Below, one piece after another: positions 55,951-64,000 of a stretch of 64,000 nucleotides of DNA. Every line of letters starts with the position of its first letter. Within the stretch, counting starts at the first letter, position 1. Below the pieces are notes generated by a model, which was given only the letters and a program-made list of their open reading frames with translations, searched no databases and was not told the DNA's origin. A program made the position numbers and the translations under genes. The DNA comes from Brevibacterium luteolum (lineage in GTDB: Bacteria > Actinomycetota > Actinomycetes > Actinomycetales > Brevibacteriaceae): assembly GCF_013004595.1 (NCBI RefSeq), contig NZ_JABEMC010000002.1:372001-436000 (forward strand), in the 5' to 3' direction.

Positions 55951-57441
55951 ATGCACGTCATCAACGGGCAGCGCACCCCCGGCACAGGACCGGAGTTCGT
56001 CCGCCGCTCACCGGCCACCGGGGCAGAGGTCGCCCGTTACCGCCTGGCCAGCCCCGCCGACGTCGACGCAGCCGTCACCGCAGCCGCCGAGGCCTTCCCC
56101 GGCTGGAAGAACACCACACCCGGCGAGCGCTCCGATCTGCTCTTCGCCCTCGCCGCCGGACTCGAGGCCCGGGCAGCCGAACTCGCCGAGCTCGAATCGG
56201 CCCAGACGGGCAAGTCGATCCGACTGGCCACCGAGTTCGATATACCCGGCAGCATCGACAACGCCCGGTTCTTCGCCGGCGCCGCCCGCCAGCTCACCGG
56301 ACTGGCCGCAGGCTCCTACTGGCCGAACTCCACGTCGATGACCCGGCGGGAGCCGATCGGCGTCATCGGCTCGATCGCCCCGTGGAACTACCCGCTGCAG
56401 ATGGCGGCCAGGAAGATCTTCCCCGCTGTGGCCGCTGGCAACACCATCGTGCTCAAGACCTCCGAACTGACACCGGGAACCTCGCTCATCCTCGCCGAGG
56501 TCGCCGCCGAAGTCGGCTTCCCTCCCGGTGTCATCAACGTCATCGCAGGCGACGGCCAGAGCGCCGGAGAGGCGCTAGTGCGCGATGCGCGGGTCGTCAT
56601 GACCTCCTTCACCGGCTCGACGGCTGTCGGCCGGAAGGTCATGGAGATGTGCGCAGCCAAGGGTGCGCGCGTCCACCTCGAGCTCGGCGGTAAGGCCCCG
56701 TTCGTCGTCTTCGACGACGCCGATGTCGAAGCCGCAGCCCGCGGCGCAGTCGCCGGCTCCCTCATCAACGGCGGCCAGGACTGCACCGCCGCCACCCGCG
56801 CGATCGTCCACCGCAGCATCTTCGAGGACTTCTGCACCCGCGTCACCGAGCTCATGAACGGCGTCATCATCGGCGATCCCGACGATGCGACCACCGGCCT
56901 CGGCTCCCTCATCAGCACCGAGCACCGTGACCGGGTCGCCGGCTTCGTTGAGCGCGCCCGCGCGGCCGGTGCCCGGATCCGGTGCGGTGGTGCGATCCCA
57001 GCCACCGCCTCGGGCGCGGGGGAGAGCGTCTACTACGCACCGACCCTCATCACCGGCATCGGCACCGAGGCCGAGGTGTGGCGCGAGGAGATCTTCGGTC
57101 CCGTGCTCGTGGCCATGCCCTTCGACGACGATGACGAGGCGATCGAACTGGCCAACGACACCGTCTATGGGCTGGCCGCCAGCGCCTGGACGACCACGAC
57201 CCGCCGGGCGCTGCGCGCGGCAGCCGAGATCGAAGCCGGCTGCGTGTGGATCAACGAGCACATCCCGGTCATCTCCGAGATGCCGCACGGCGGATACAAG
57301 GCCTCCGGATTCGGCAAGGACATGTCGCAGTACTCCTTCGAGGAGTACACGCAGGTCAAACACGTCCTCATCGACGAAAGCCCCGACGCCCACCGCGACT
57401 GGCAGGACATCATCTTCACCACCGACAAGGAGCGGGCATGA
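55951..57441 (+). CDS. Gamma-aminobutyraldehyde dehydrogenase
   Basis: [39 protein letters not shown]; polyamine cluster context. Confidence 0.88.
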   Translation: MHVINGQRTPGTGPEFVRRSPATGAEVARYRLASPADVDAAVTAAAEAFPGWKNTTPGERSDLLFALAAGLEARAAELAELESAQTGKSIRLATEFDIPGSIDNARFFAGAARQLTGLAAGSYWPNSTSMTRREPIGVIGSIAPWNYPLQMAARKIFPAVAAGNTIVLKTSELTPGTSLILAEVAAEVGFPPGVINVIAGDGQSAGEALVRDARVVMTSFTGSTAVGRKVMEMCAAKGARVHLELGGKAPFVVFDDADVEAAARGAVAGSLINGGQDCTAATRAIVHRSIFEDFCTRVTELMNGVIIGDPDDATTGLGSLISTEHRDRVAGFVERARAAGARIRCGGAIPATASGAGESVYYAPTLITGIGTEAEVWREEIFGPVLVAMPFDDDDEAIELANDTVYGLAASAWTTTTRRALRAAAEIEAGCVWINEHIPVISEMPHGGYKASGFGKDMSQYSFEEYTQVKHVLIDESPDAHRDWQDIIFTTDKERA

Positions 57442-58691
57442 GCGCGCACACCGAGACCACCGCCGCACAGCCTCCCGGCACCAGGGCCGGCACCGCGGGC
57501 ACCCGCCACAGCGGCGAGGGCCCCGGGCAGCTGGAGATCCGCGGGGTGACCAAGCGCTTCGGCAGCCACACCGCCCTGAGCGAACTCGACCTCACCGTCG
57601 AGGCCGGGGAGTTCCTGTCCCTGCTCGGGCCCTCCGGCTGCGGCAAGACGACCCTGCTGCGGATGATCGCCGGCTTCGAGGAGCCGACCACCGGGCACAT
57701 CCTGCTCTCCGGCCAGGACCTCGTCGGCGTGCCGGCTCACCGCCGGCCGGTCAACACCGTCTTCCAGTCCTACGCTCTGTTCCCGCACATGAGCGTGTCC
57801 GACAACGTCGCCTATGGGCTCAAGCAGAAGCGCGTGCCCAAGACCGAGATCCGCGAGCGCGTCATCGAAGCGCTGCGGCTGGTGCAGATGGGCGGGTTCG
57901 CCGACCGCAAGCCCGACCAGCTCTCCGGCGGCCAGCAGCAGCGTGTCGCCCTCGCCCGGGCGCTGGTCAATCGGCCGCAGGTGCTGCTGCTCGATGAGCC
58001 GATGTCGGCACTCGATCGCAAGCTGCGCGAGGAGATGCAGATCGAGCTCAAGCGCCTGCACGCCGAACTCGGTATGACCTTCGTCTTCGTCACCCACGAC
58101 CAGGAGGAGGCACTGGCGATGAGCGACCGGATCGTCGTGCTCAACGCCGGGAAGATCCAGCAGGTCGGCACCGCCGAGGAGATCTACTCCAGGCCCGCCA
58201 ACCGGTTCGTCGCAGGCTTCATCGGCAAGCAGAACTTCGTCTCCGCCACCCTCGACTCGATCGACGGCGACACCGCCGTGCTGCGCACCGCCCGCTCCCT
58301 CATCACCGTGCCGGCCGGACTGCTGGGACCAGAGGCGAAGCCCGGCGGATCCGTTGAGGCGGCCGTGCGCCCGGAGATCATCGACGTCACCCCGCTCGAC
58401 ACCGCCGGCAGCGACAGCACGGCCAGCGGTGACAGCAGGGGCGGCAGCGACAGCAGAGCCGGCAGCGGCAGTGCGGCCGGCGGTGACAGCAGGGAGCTCA
58501 CCGATGCCGTCGACGGCGAGATCGTCGGGGTGTCCTTCCTCGGCGACGTCGTGCAGTACATCGTCCGGCTGCGCGACGGCCATGAAGTCCTCGCCCGCGT
58601 CCCGGCACTCACGAGCGACCACCTCGGGCCCGGTGCCCGGGTGCGGCTGTCATGGGGACGCAACCAGGCGCAGGTGTTCTGCGATGGCTGA
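57438..58691 (+). CDS. potA: Polyamine ABC transporter ATP-binding protein (PotA-like)
   Basis: [37 protein letters not shown]-terminus. Confidence 0.88.
   Translation: MSAHTETTAAQPPGTRAGTAGTRHSGEGPGQLEIRGVTKRFGSHTALSELDLTVEAGEFLSLLGPSGCGKTTLLRMIAGFEEPTTGHILLSGQDLVGVPAHRRPVNTVFQSYALFPHMSVSDNVAYGLKQKRVPKTEIRERVIEALRLVQMGGFADRKPDQLSGGQQQRVALARALVNRPQVLLLDEPMSALDRKLREEMQIELKRLHAELGMTFVFVTHDQEEALAMSDRIVVLNAGKIQQVGTAEEIYSRPANRFVAGFIGKQNFVSATLDSIDGDTAVLRTARSLITVPAGLLGPEAKPGGSVEAAVRPEIIDVTPLDTAGSDSTASGDSRGGSDSRAGSGSAAGGDSRELTDAVDGEIVGVSFLGDVVQYIVRLRDGHEVLARVPALTSDHLGPGARVRLSWGRNQAQVFCDG
58407..58496 (+). repeat. In-frame 18-bp tandem repeat (5 degenerate copies) inside potA
   Basis: Encodes [30 protein letters not shown]. 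Confidence 0.75.
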
Positions 58692-59871
58692 GCGCAACCA
58701 CCGCGTGCGCTTCCTCGCACCCCGCTCCGAGGCCCCGCGCATCCGCCGGCAGCTGCTGAGCGCTGCCGGTCCGAGCCGGCGGGCCTTCCTCACCGGCGTG
58801 GGACTGGCCGGGCTGGCCGGGCTCAGCGCCTGCGGGCAGACCGGCCGGATGGCCAGCTCCCCGCCGGCCGACGGCGAGATCGAGGCGAAGCTCAACCTGT
58901 ACTCATGGGGCGACTACGACGACCCCGAGATCATCAGCGAATTCAGCGACACCGCCGGCGTGCGCGTGCAGGTCGACTCCTACGGCTCGAACGACGAGCT
59001 GATGGCCAAACTCGCCGGCACCCGCGGCACCTCCGGCTACGACATCGTCGTGCCGACCGGCTCGCGGGTGCAGCAGATGATCGAACACGACCTCATCCAG
59101 CCGCTCGACCTGACGCGGATCCCGAACTTTGCGAACATGGACCCGAACTTCATCCACCAGGAGTTCGACCCGGAGAACCGGTACTCGATCTGCAAGGCCT
59201 GGGGCACCACCGGCTACGTCTACGACCGCACCGTCATCGACCGGGAGCTGACCAGCTGGCAGGACTTCATCGACGCCGCCGGCACAGACGCCTCCGGCTC
59301 GACCGCGATCCTCGAAGACCCCTGGGAGCTCACCGCGATCGCCCTCGCCTCGATGGGCGAGGACGTCAACACCGTCGACGAGGCGATCCTGGAGAAAGCC
59401 AAGACGATCGTCGTCGACGACATCGCCCCGCATGTGCGCGCCTATATGGGCAACGCCGCCCAGGGCATGACCCAGGGCGGGCTGAGCCTGCTGCACGCCT
59501 TCAACGGCGACGCCCGGCAGGGACTGCTCGAATCCGATGACCCGGACCGGTGGCAGTTCGTCTTCCCGACCCCGGTCGCCAACCTGTGGATGGACAACTG
59601 GTGCCTGGCCACCGGCGCCCCGCACCCGGATGCCGCCTACGCCTTCATCAACCACATGATCAGCCCTGACGCCGCGCTGCGCAACGTCGACTACATCGGC
59701 TACCACGTCGGCACCCAGGGCCTGAAGGAGGAAGCCGCCGACTTCGACTTCCCCGACATCATCTTCCCCGAACAGGAGATCCTCGACCGGCTCGTGCCCT
59801 CCGAAGAAGGGGCCGGCATCCAGCCGCGGGTTGAGATCTACACCGCCGCACAGACGAGGAGTTCAGCATGA
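58684..59871 (+). CDS. potD: Polyamine-binding lipoprotein with Tat signal (PotD-like)
   Basis: SRRAFL..LSAC lipobox, [25 protein letters not shown]. Confidence 0.87.
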   Translation: MAERNHRVRFLAPRSEAPRIRRQLLSAAGPSRRAFLTGVGLAGLAGLSACGQTGRMASSPPADGEIEAKLNLYSWGDYDDPEIISEFSDTAGVRVQVDSYGSNDELMAKLAGTRGTSGYDIVVPTGSRVQQMIEHDLIQPLDLTRIPNFANMDPNFIHQEFDPENRYSICKAWGTTGYVYDRTVIDRELTSWQDFIDAAGTDASGSTAILEDPWELTAIALASMGEDVNTVDEAILEKAKTIVVDDIAPHVRAYMGNAAQGMTQGGLSLLHAFNGDARQGLLESDDPDRWQFVFPTPVANLWMDNWCLATGAPHPDAAYAFINHMISPDAALRNVDYIGYHVGTQGLKEEAADFDFPDIIFPEQEILDRLVPSEEGAGIQPRVEIYTAAQTRSSA

Positions 59872-60797
59872 AGCGCTTCGCCGCCCGCATCCTCGGCCCC
59901 GGAGCGCTCGCGTTCCCCACCTGGGCCTACGTCGTGTTCTTCTTCGTCATCCCCGTCGCCCTCGTACTCTGGTACAGCTTCGGGTACAAGCCCGACGAAT
60001 TCACCACCGTGTCGATGGAGCAGCTGAGCTTCGACCGCTACTCCGAAGCCTTGACCTCCTCATCCCTGGCGACGTTCCTCGCCACTTTGCGGATCTCGAT
60101 CGTCGGCACCATCATCTGCCTGCTCATCTCCATCCCGTTCGCCTACTGGCTGGCCGTCAAAGTCCGGCCCGAACGGCGCGGACTGCTGCTGGCGCTGGTG
60201 ATGGTGCCGTTCTGGACGAACTTCCTCGTGCGCACCCTCGGCTGGCAGATCATGCTCTCCAACGAGGGCTTCGTCTCCAAGACCCTCCAGGCCATCGGCT
60301 TATCCGACGGAGGCCTCGACATCCTCTACACCCGCACCGCCGTGCAGATCGGCGTGGTCTACAACTACCTGCCGCTCATGATCCTGCCGCTGTTCGTGGC
60401 CATGGACGCAGCCGGACGGCACCTGCGCGAAGCCAGCTACGACCTCGGCGCCGGACCCTGGAAGACCTTCTTCACCGTCACCCTGCCGCTGGCCATGCCC
60501 GGCGTGGTCTCCGGCTGCCTGCTCGTGTTCATCCCGCTCAACGGCGACTACGTCACCGCCACCGTGCTCGGCGGAGCGAGCGGCTCGATGGCCGGCCAGC
60601 TTATCGCCAACCAGTTCAACACCGCCCAGAACTGGGCACTCGGCGCGGCGATGGCCGTCATCCTCATGCTCGCCACCCTTATCGTCGTCGCGCTCGGCGG
60701 GCTGCTGCTGTGGGGGCTGCGCTCACTGATGGAGAGGCTGAACTCGGTGCGCATCACCCCGCCCGAGCCGGCCGTGAGCGAAGGGAGCCGCGCATGA
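59868..60797 (+). CDS. potB: Polyamine ABC permease (PotB-like)
   Basis: PFWTNFLVR, YLPLMILP, EASYDLGA. Confidence 0.87.
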   Translation: MKRFAARILGPGALAFPTWAYVVFFFVIPVALVLWYSFGYKPDEFTTVSMEQLSFDRYSEALTSSSLATFLATLRISIVGTIICLLISIPFAYWLAVKVRPERRGLLLALVMVPFWTNFLVRTLGWQIMLSNEGFVSKTLQAIGLSDGGLDILYTRTAVQIGVVYNYLPLMILPLFVAMDAAGRHLREASYDLGAGPWKTFFTVTLPLAMPGVVSGCLLVFIPLNGDYVTATVLGGASGSMAGQLIANQFNTAQNWALGAAMAVILMLATLIVVALGGLLLWGLRSLMERLNSVRITPPEPAVSEGSRA

Positions 60798-61636
60798 GAC
60801 GTCAGGCCCGCGACCTCGGGTTCACCCTGTGGGGTGTGCTCGTCTTCATCTACCTCTTCGCCCCGATCGCCGTCATCGTCGCCTACTCCTTCAACACCGG
60901 GCGCATCCTCGCCTCCTGGCAGGGATTCGGCTTCGACGCCTACATCTCGGGCATCAACAACGACGTCATCGTCTCCTCGGTCATCACCAGCCTGCAGGCC
61001 GCCGTCGGCTCTGCGCTGCTGGCCACCGTGCTCGGCACCCTCGGCGGCATCGCGCTCGCCCGCGCCAGGCTCGGCACCTGGTGGGCCCTCGGCCTGACCG
61101 GACTGCTGGCGACCACGCTCGTGACCCCGGAGATCGTCGACGGCATCTCGTTCCTGCCGTGGTTCGTCACCCTCGGCGTGGACGCGGACCTCACCTGGTT
61201 CAACAACGGGCTTGTGCGCCTCATCGTGTCCCATGCGATGTTCTCCGTGGCCGTCGTGACCTTCATCGTCCGCGCCCGCATGGCCGGCGTCGACACCTCC
61301 CTGCAGGAGGCCAGCGCCGACCTCGGGGCGACCCCGTGGACGACCTTCCGCCGGGTCACCCTGCCGATCGCCGCCCCCGGCGTGATGGCCGGTGCGCTCA
61401 TGTCGTTCACCCTCAGCCTCGACAACACGATCCTCTCCAGCTTCGTCCAGCAGCCCGGCTACACGCCCTGGCCGGTCTACATCTTCTCCGCCGTGCGCGT
61501 GGCGCTGCGCCCAGAGGTCGCCGCGATCTCGACGGTGATGCTGCTGCTGACCCTCATCGCCCTCGCACTTGTCGGCCTCGTGCTGCGCCGCTCGGGCGAA
61601 TCATCCACCGACATCGTCAAAACCATCGTGAGGTAG
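60794..61636 (+). CDS. potC: Polyamine ABC permease (PotC-like)
   Basis: YSFN, PEIV, EASADLGA, FTLSLD. Confidence 0.87.
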   Translation: MRRQARDLGFTLWGVLVFIYLFAPIAVIVAYSFNTGRILASWQGFGFDAYISGINNDVIVSSVITSLQAAVGSALLATVLGTLGGIALARARLGTWWALGLTGLLATTLVTPEIVDGISFLPWFVTLGVDADLTWFNNGLVRLIVSHAMFSVAVVTFIVRARMAGVDTSLQEASADLGATPWTTFRRVTLPIAAPGVMAGALMSFTLSLDNTILSSFVQQPGYTPWPVYIFSAVRVALRPEVAAISTVMLLLTLIALALVGLVLRRSGESSTDIVKTIVR

Positions 61637-61638
61637 CC

Positions 61639-63036
61639 ATGTCCATCACCCCTGAGATGATCTCCTCGAGCCTCGCCGGCGTCTCGCACGTCCCATACTG
61701 GCTCGATGACCCCGCCAGGCCCGAGGCGGGCCCCGCCCTAGTCGGAGACCGCACCTGCGATCTCGCCGTCGTCGGCGGCGGGTTCACCGGTCTGTGGACG
61801 GCCCTGCAGGCCAAGGAGCGCGACCCCGGTCGGCACGTCGTGCTGCTGGAAGGCGGCCGTATCGGCTGGGCCGCCTCCGGGCGCAACGGCGGGTTCTGCG
61901 AAGCCAGCCTCACCCATGGCCACGAGAACGGCGTCAAGCACCTGCCGGAGGAGAACGACGAGCTCAGCCGGCTCGGCTACGAGAACCTCGACGCGATCGA
62001 AGATGCTGTCGCCCGCTACGGGCTCGACTGCGACTTCGAGCGCTCCGGGCTCATCCAGATCGCCACCGAGGACTACCAGATCCCCAGCCTGCGTCAGGCG
62101 CACAATCCGGAAGAAGGCGAGGTCTACCTCGACGGCGAGGAGCTGCGCGAGCGCATCGACTCCCCGACCTATCTGGGCGGGCTGCGGCTTGATCGGGAGT
62201 GCGCGATCATCAACCCGGCCAGACTGTGCTGGGAGCTGCTGCGCGTCTGCCGTGAGCTCGGCGTCGAAGTGTACGAGAACACCATCGTGCGCAGGCTCAC
62301 CGACAGCGGGGACACCGTCACGCTGACCACTGACGCCGGCACACTCACCGCCGGGCGCGCAGCACTCGGCACGAACGCGTTCCCCGCACTGCTCAAGCGG
62401 GTCAAATGGCACACCGCACCGGTATACGACTACGCACTCATGACCGAACCGCTCAGCGATGAGCAGTGGGCGGCGATCGGCTGGAACGGCAGGGAGGGCC
62501 TGGCCGACTCGGCCAACCGGTTCCACTACTACCGGCGCACCGTCGACGGCCGGATCCTGTTCGGCGGCTGGGACGCCGTGTACTACTACGGTCGGCGCGT
62601 CTCCAGTCGCTTCGACACCCGGCAGGAGACCTTCGAAACTCTCGCCCGGCACTTCTTCGAGACCTTCCCGCAGGCCACCGGCATCCGCTTCACCCACGCC
62701 TGGGGCGGGGCGATCGACACCTGCACTCGGTTCTTCTCCTTCTTCGACACCGCCTATGCGGGCAAGGTCGCCTACGCCGCCGGGTTCACCGGCCTCGGCG
62801 TCGGGGCCTCCCGGTTCGCCGGTACCGTCATGCTCGATCTGCTCACCGGTGAGCCGACTGAGCTGACCGAACTGGAGATGGTGAAGAAGAAGCCGCTGCC
62901 GTTCCCACCTGAGCCGTTCATGTGGGCCGGAGCGAAGATGACGACCCGCGCGCTCATCAAGTCCGACGAGAACGAAGGCAGGCGCGGCCCGCTGCTCAAG
63001 ACGCTCGACGCATTCGGGGTCGGCTTTGACTCATAG
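61639..63036 (+). CDS. FAD-dependent oxidoreductase (DadA/PuuB-like)
   Basis: VVGGGFTGLW, ASGRNGGF, HAWGG, PFPPEP. Confidence 0.88.
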   Translation: MSITPEMISSSLAGVSHVPYWLDDPARPEAGPALVGDRTCDLAVVGGGFTGLWTALQAKERDPGRHVVLLEGGRIGWAASGRNGGFCEASLTHGHENGVKHLPEENDELSRLGYENLDAIEDAVARYGLDCDFERSGLIQIATEDYQIPSLRQAHNPEEGEVYLDGEELRERIDSPTYLGGLRLDRECAIINPARLCWELLRVCRELGVEVYENTIVRRLTDSGDTVTLTTDAGTLTAGRAALGTNAFPALLKRVKWHTAPVYDYALMTEPLSDEQWAAIGWNGREGLADSANRFHYYRRTVDGRILFGGWDAVYYYGRRVSSRFDTRQETFETLARHFFETFPQATGIRFTHAWGGAIDTCTRFFSFFDTAYAGKVAYAAGFTGLGVGASRFAGTVMLDLLTGEPTELTELEMVKKKPLPFPPEPFMWAGAKMTTRALIKSDENEGRRGPLLKTLDAFGVGFDS

Positions 63037-63038
63037 CA

Positions 63039-63098
63039 TCCGCCGCGACTGGGTCGGCCACGGCGGGGTCCGCCGCGGCTGGGTCCGCCGGGACTGTG
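63039..63098. repeat. 15-bp degenerate tandem repeat (4 copies), intergenic
   Basis: TCCGCCGCGACTGGG / TCGGCCACGGCGGGG / TCCGCCGCGGCTGGG / TCCGCCGGGACTGTG. Confidence 0.65.
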
Positions 63099-63131
63099 CT
63101 GGCTGCCAGGTTCTCCTGAGAGAGTAGGACT

Positions 63132-64000
63132 ATGGCAGTCTTCACGAGTTCGCTGGTCGTTCCGCATCCTCTGCACACCGTCTTCGATTGGCATCGACGG
63201 CCCGGGGCGCTGACCCGGCTGAGCCCGGAATGGGCGATGCAGATCGAACAGGAGGCCGAGCCCCTGACGCCGGGCTCGCAGGCGTCGATGAAGATCACCC
63301 TGCCCGGCACGCACGGGCTCGTGCGCACCCCCTTCTCCGTCGAACACGCCGCCGGGCCGAGTGAGCACTCCTTCATCGACCGGCAGGTGCGGGGTCCGCT
63401 GAGCTCCTGGGAGCACACCCACACCTTCACCGAGGTGACCGGCGCTGAATCCGTCGGCTCGGCCTTCACCCGGATCGACGACCACATCGACTACAGCTTC
63501 GCTCCCGGCATCCTGCCCGGCGCGACCGAGATCGACGCGGCCGCGATGGAACCGACGCTGCGGGCGATCTTCAACGCCCGCAGCGAACGGCTGCTCGCCG
63601 ATCTCGCCTACCAGGATGAGCTCACCGCGATCGGCGGGCCGGAGCGGAAGAAGGTCCTCATTGCTGGTGCCTCAGGCACCGTCGGCTCACAGGTCGCCGC
63701 CCTCCTGTCGACCGGTGGACACGAGGTGCGCACACTGGTGCGCGACACCCCGTGGAAGGACTCCGAGGTCAAATGGAACCCCGACCTCGGCATCCTCGAC
63801 CCCAACGCACTCGCCTGGGCCGACGTCGTCATCCACCTAGGCGGCGCGACCATCGGCACCCGCTTCTCACCGGCGGCCAAGGATCGGATCATGCGCTCGC
63901 GGCGCGATTCGACGAAGCTCATCGTGCTCACCATGGAGCAGCTGTCGGAGACCCGCCGACCCGAGGCGTTCATCTGCGCCTCGGCGATCGGCTACTACGG
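63132..64000 (+). CDS. SRPBCC + TIGR01777-type NAD-dependent epimerase (partial, runs off the window)
   Basis: VFDWHRRPGALTRL, FIDRQVRGP..WEHTH; IAGASGTVG, VIHLGGATI, ASAIGYY. Confidence 0.85.
   Translation, partial: MAVFTSSLVVPHPLHTVFDWHRRPGALTRLSPEWAMQIEQEAEPLTPGSQASMKITLPGTHGLVRTPFSVEHAAGPSEHSFIDRQVRGPLSSWEHTHTFTEVTGAESVGSAFTRIDDHIDYSFAPGILPGATEIDAAAMEPTLRAIFNARSERLLADLAYQDELTAIGGPERKKVLIAGASGTVGSQVAALLSTGGHEVRTLVRDTPWKDSEVKWNPDLGILDPNALAWADVVIHLGGATIGTRFSPAAKDRIMRSRRDSTKLIVLTMEQLSETRRPEAFICASAIGYY

Overview
GC-rich actinobacterial chromosome just downstream of oriC, most like Micrococcales such as Brevibacterium (inferred from gene order and protein style). The conserved backbone is gyrB-gyrA-DUF3566-tRNA-Ile-(DLW-39 peptide)-tRNA-Ala, then DUF5324-like/ppiA/rhomboid/crgA, DUF881-sortase E-pabA/trpG, pknB-pknA-pbpA-rodA-pstP-fhaB-fhaA and tRNA-Leu. 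About 25 kb of accessory genes lie between tRNA-Ala and ppiA: a D-threonate-type acid-sugar operon, a Tat-signal peptide plus amidase pair, a class V aminotransferase, betT-betB-choline oxidase, flotillin, a 2OG oxygenase-metF-metE operon, a ChrSA/HrtBA-like module and a NERD nuclease-SF1 helicase-O-acetyltransferase fusion. A type II-like restriction-modification pair sits between crgA and DUF881. After tRNA-Leu come an amidohydrolase, a deletion scar and a polyamine uptake/catabolism cluster. The most unusual items are the NERD-helicase-acetyltransferase fusion, the Tat-peptide ORF separated from an in-frame amidase by a single TGA, the 21-bp-spaced repeats (also a Met-rich micro-ORF) upstream of the methionine operon, and the RM insertion. 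All calls come from motif recognition by eye; no database searches were run.
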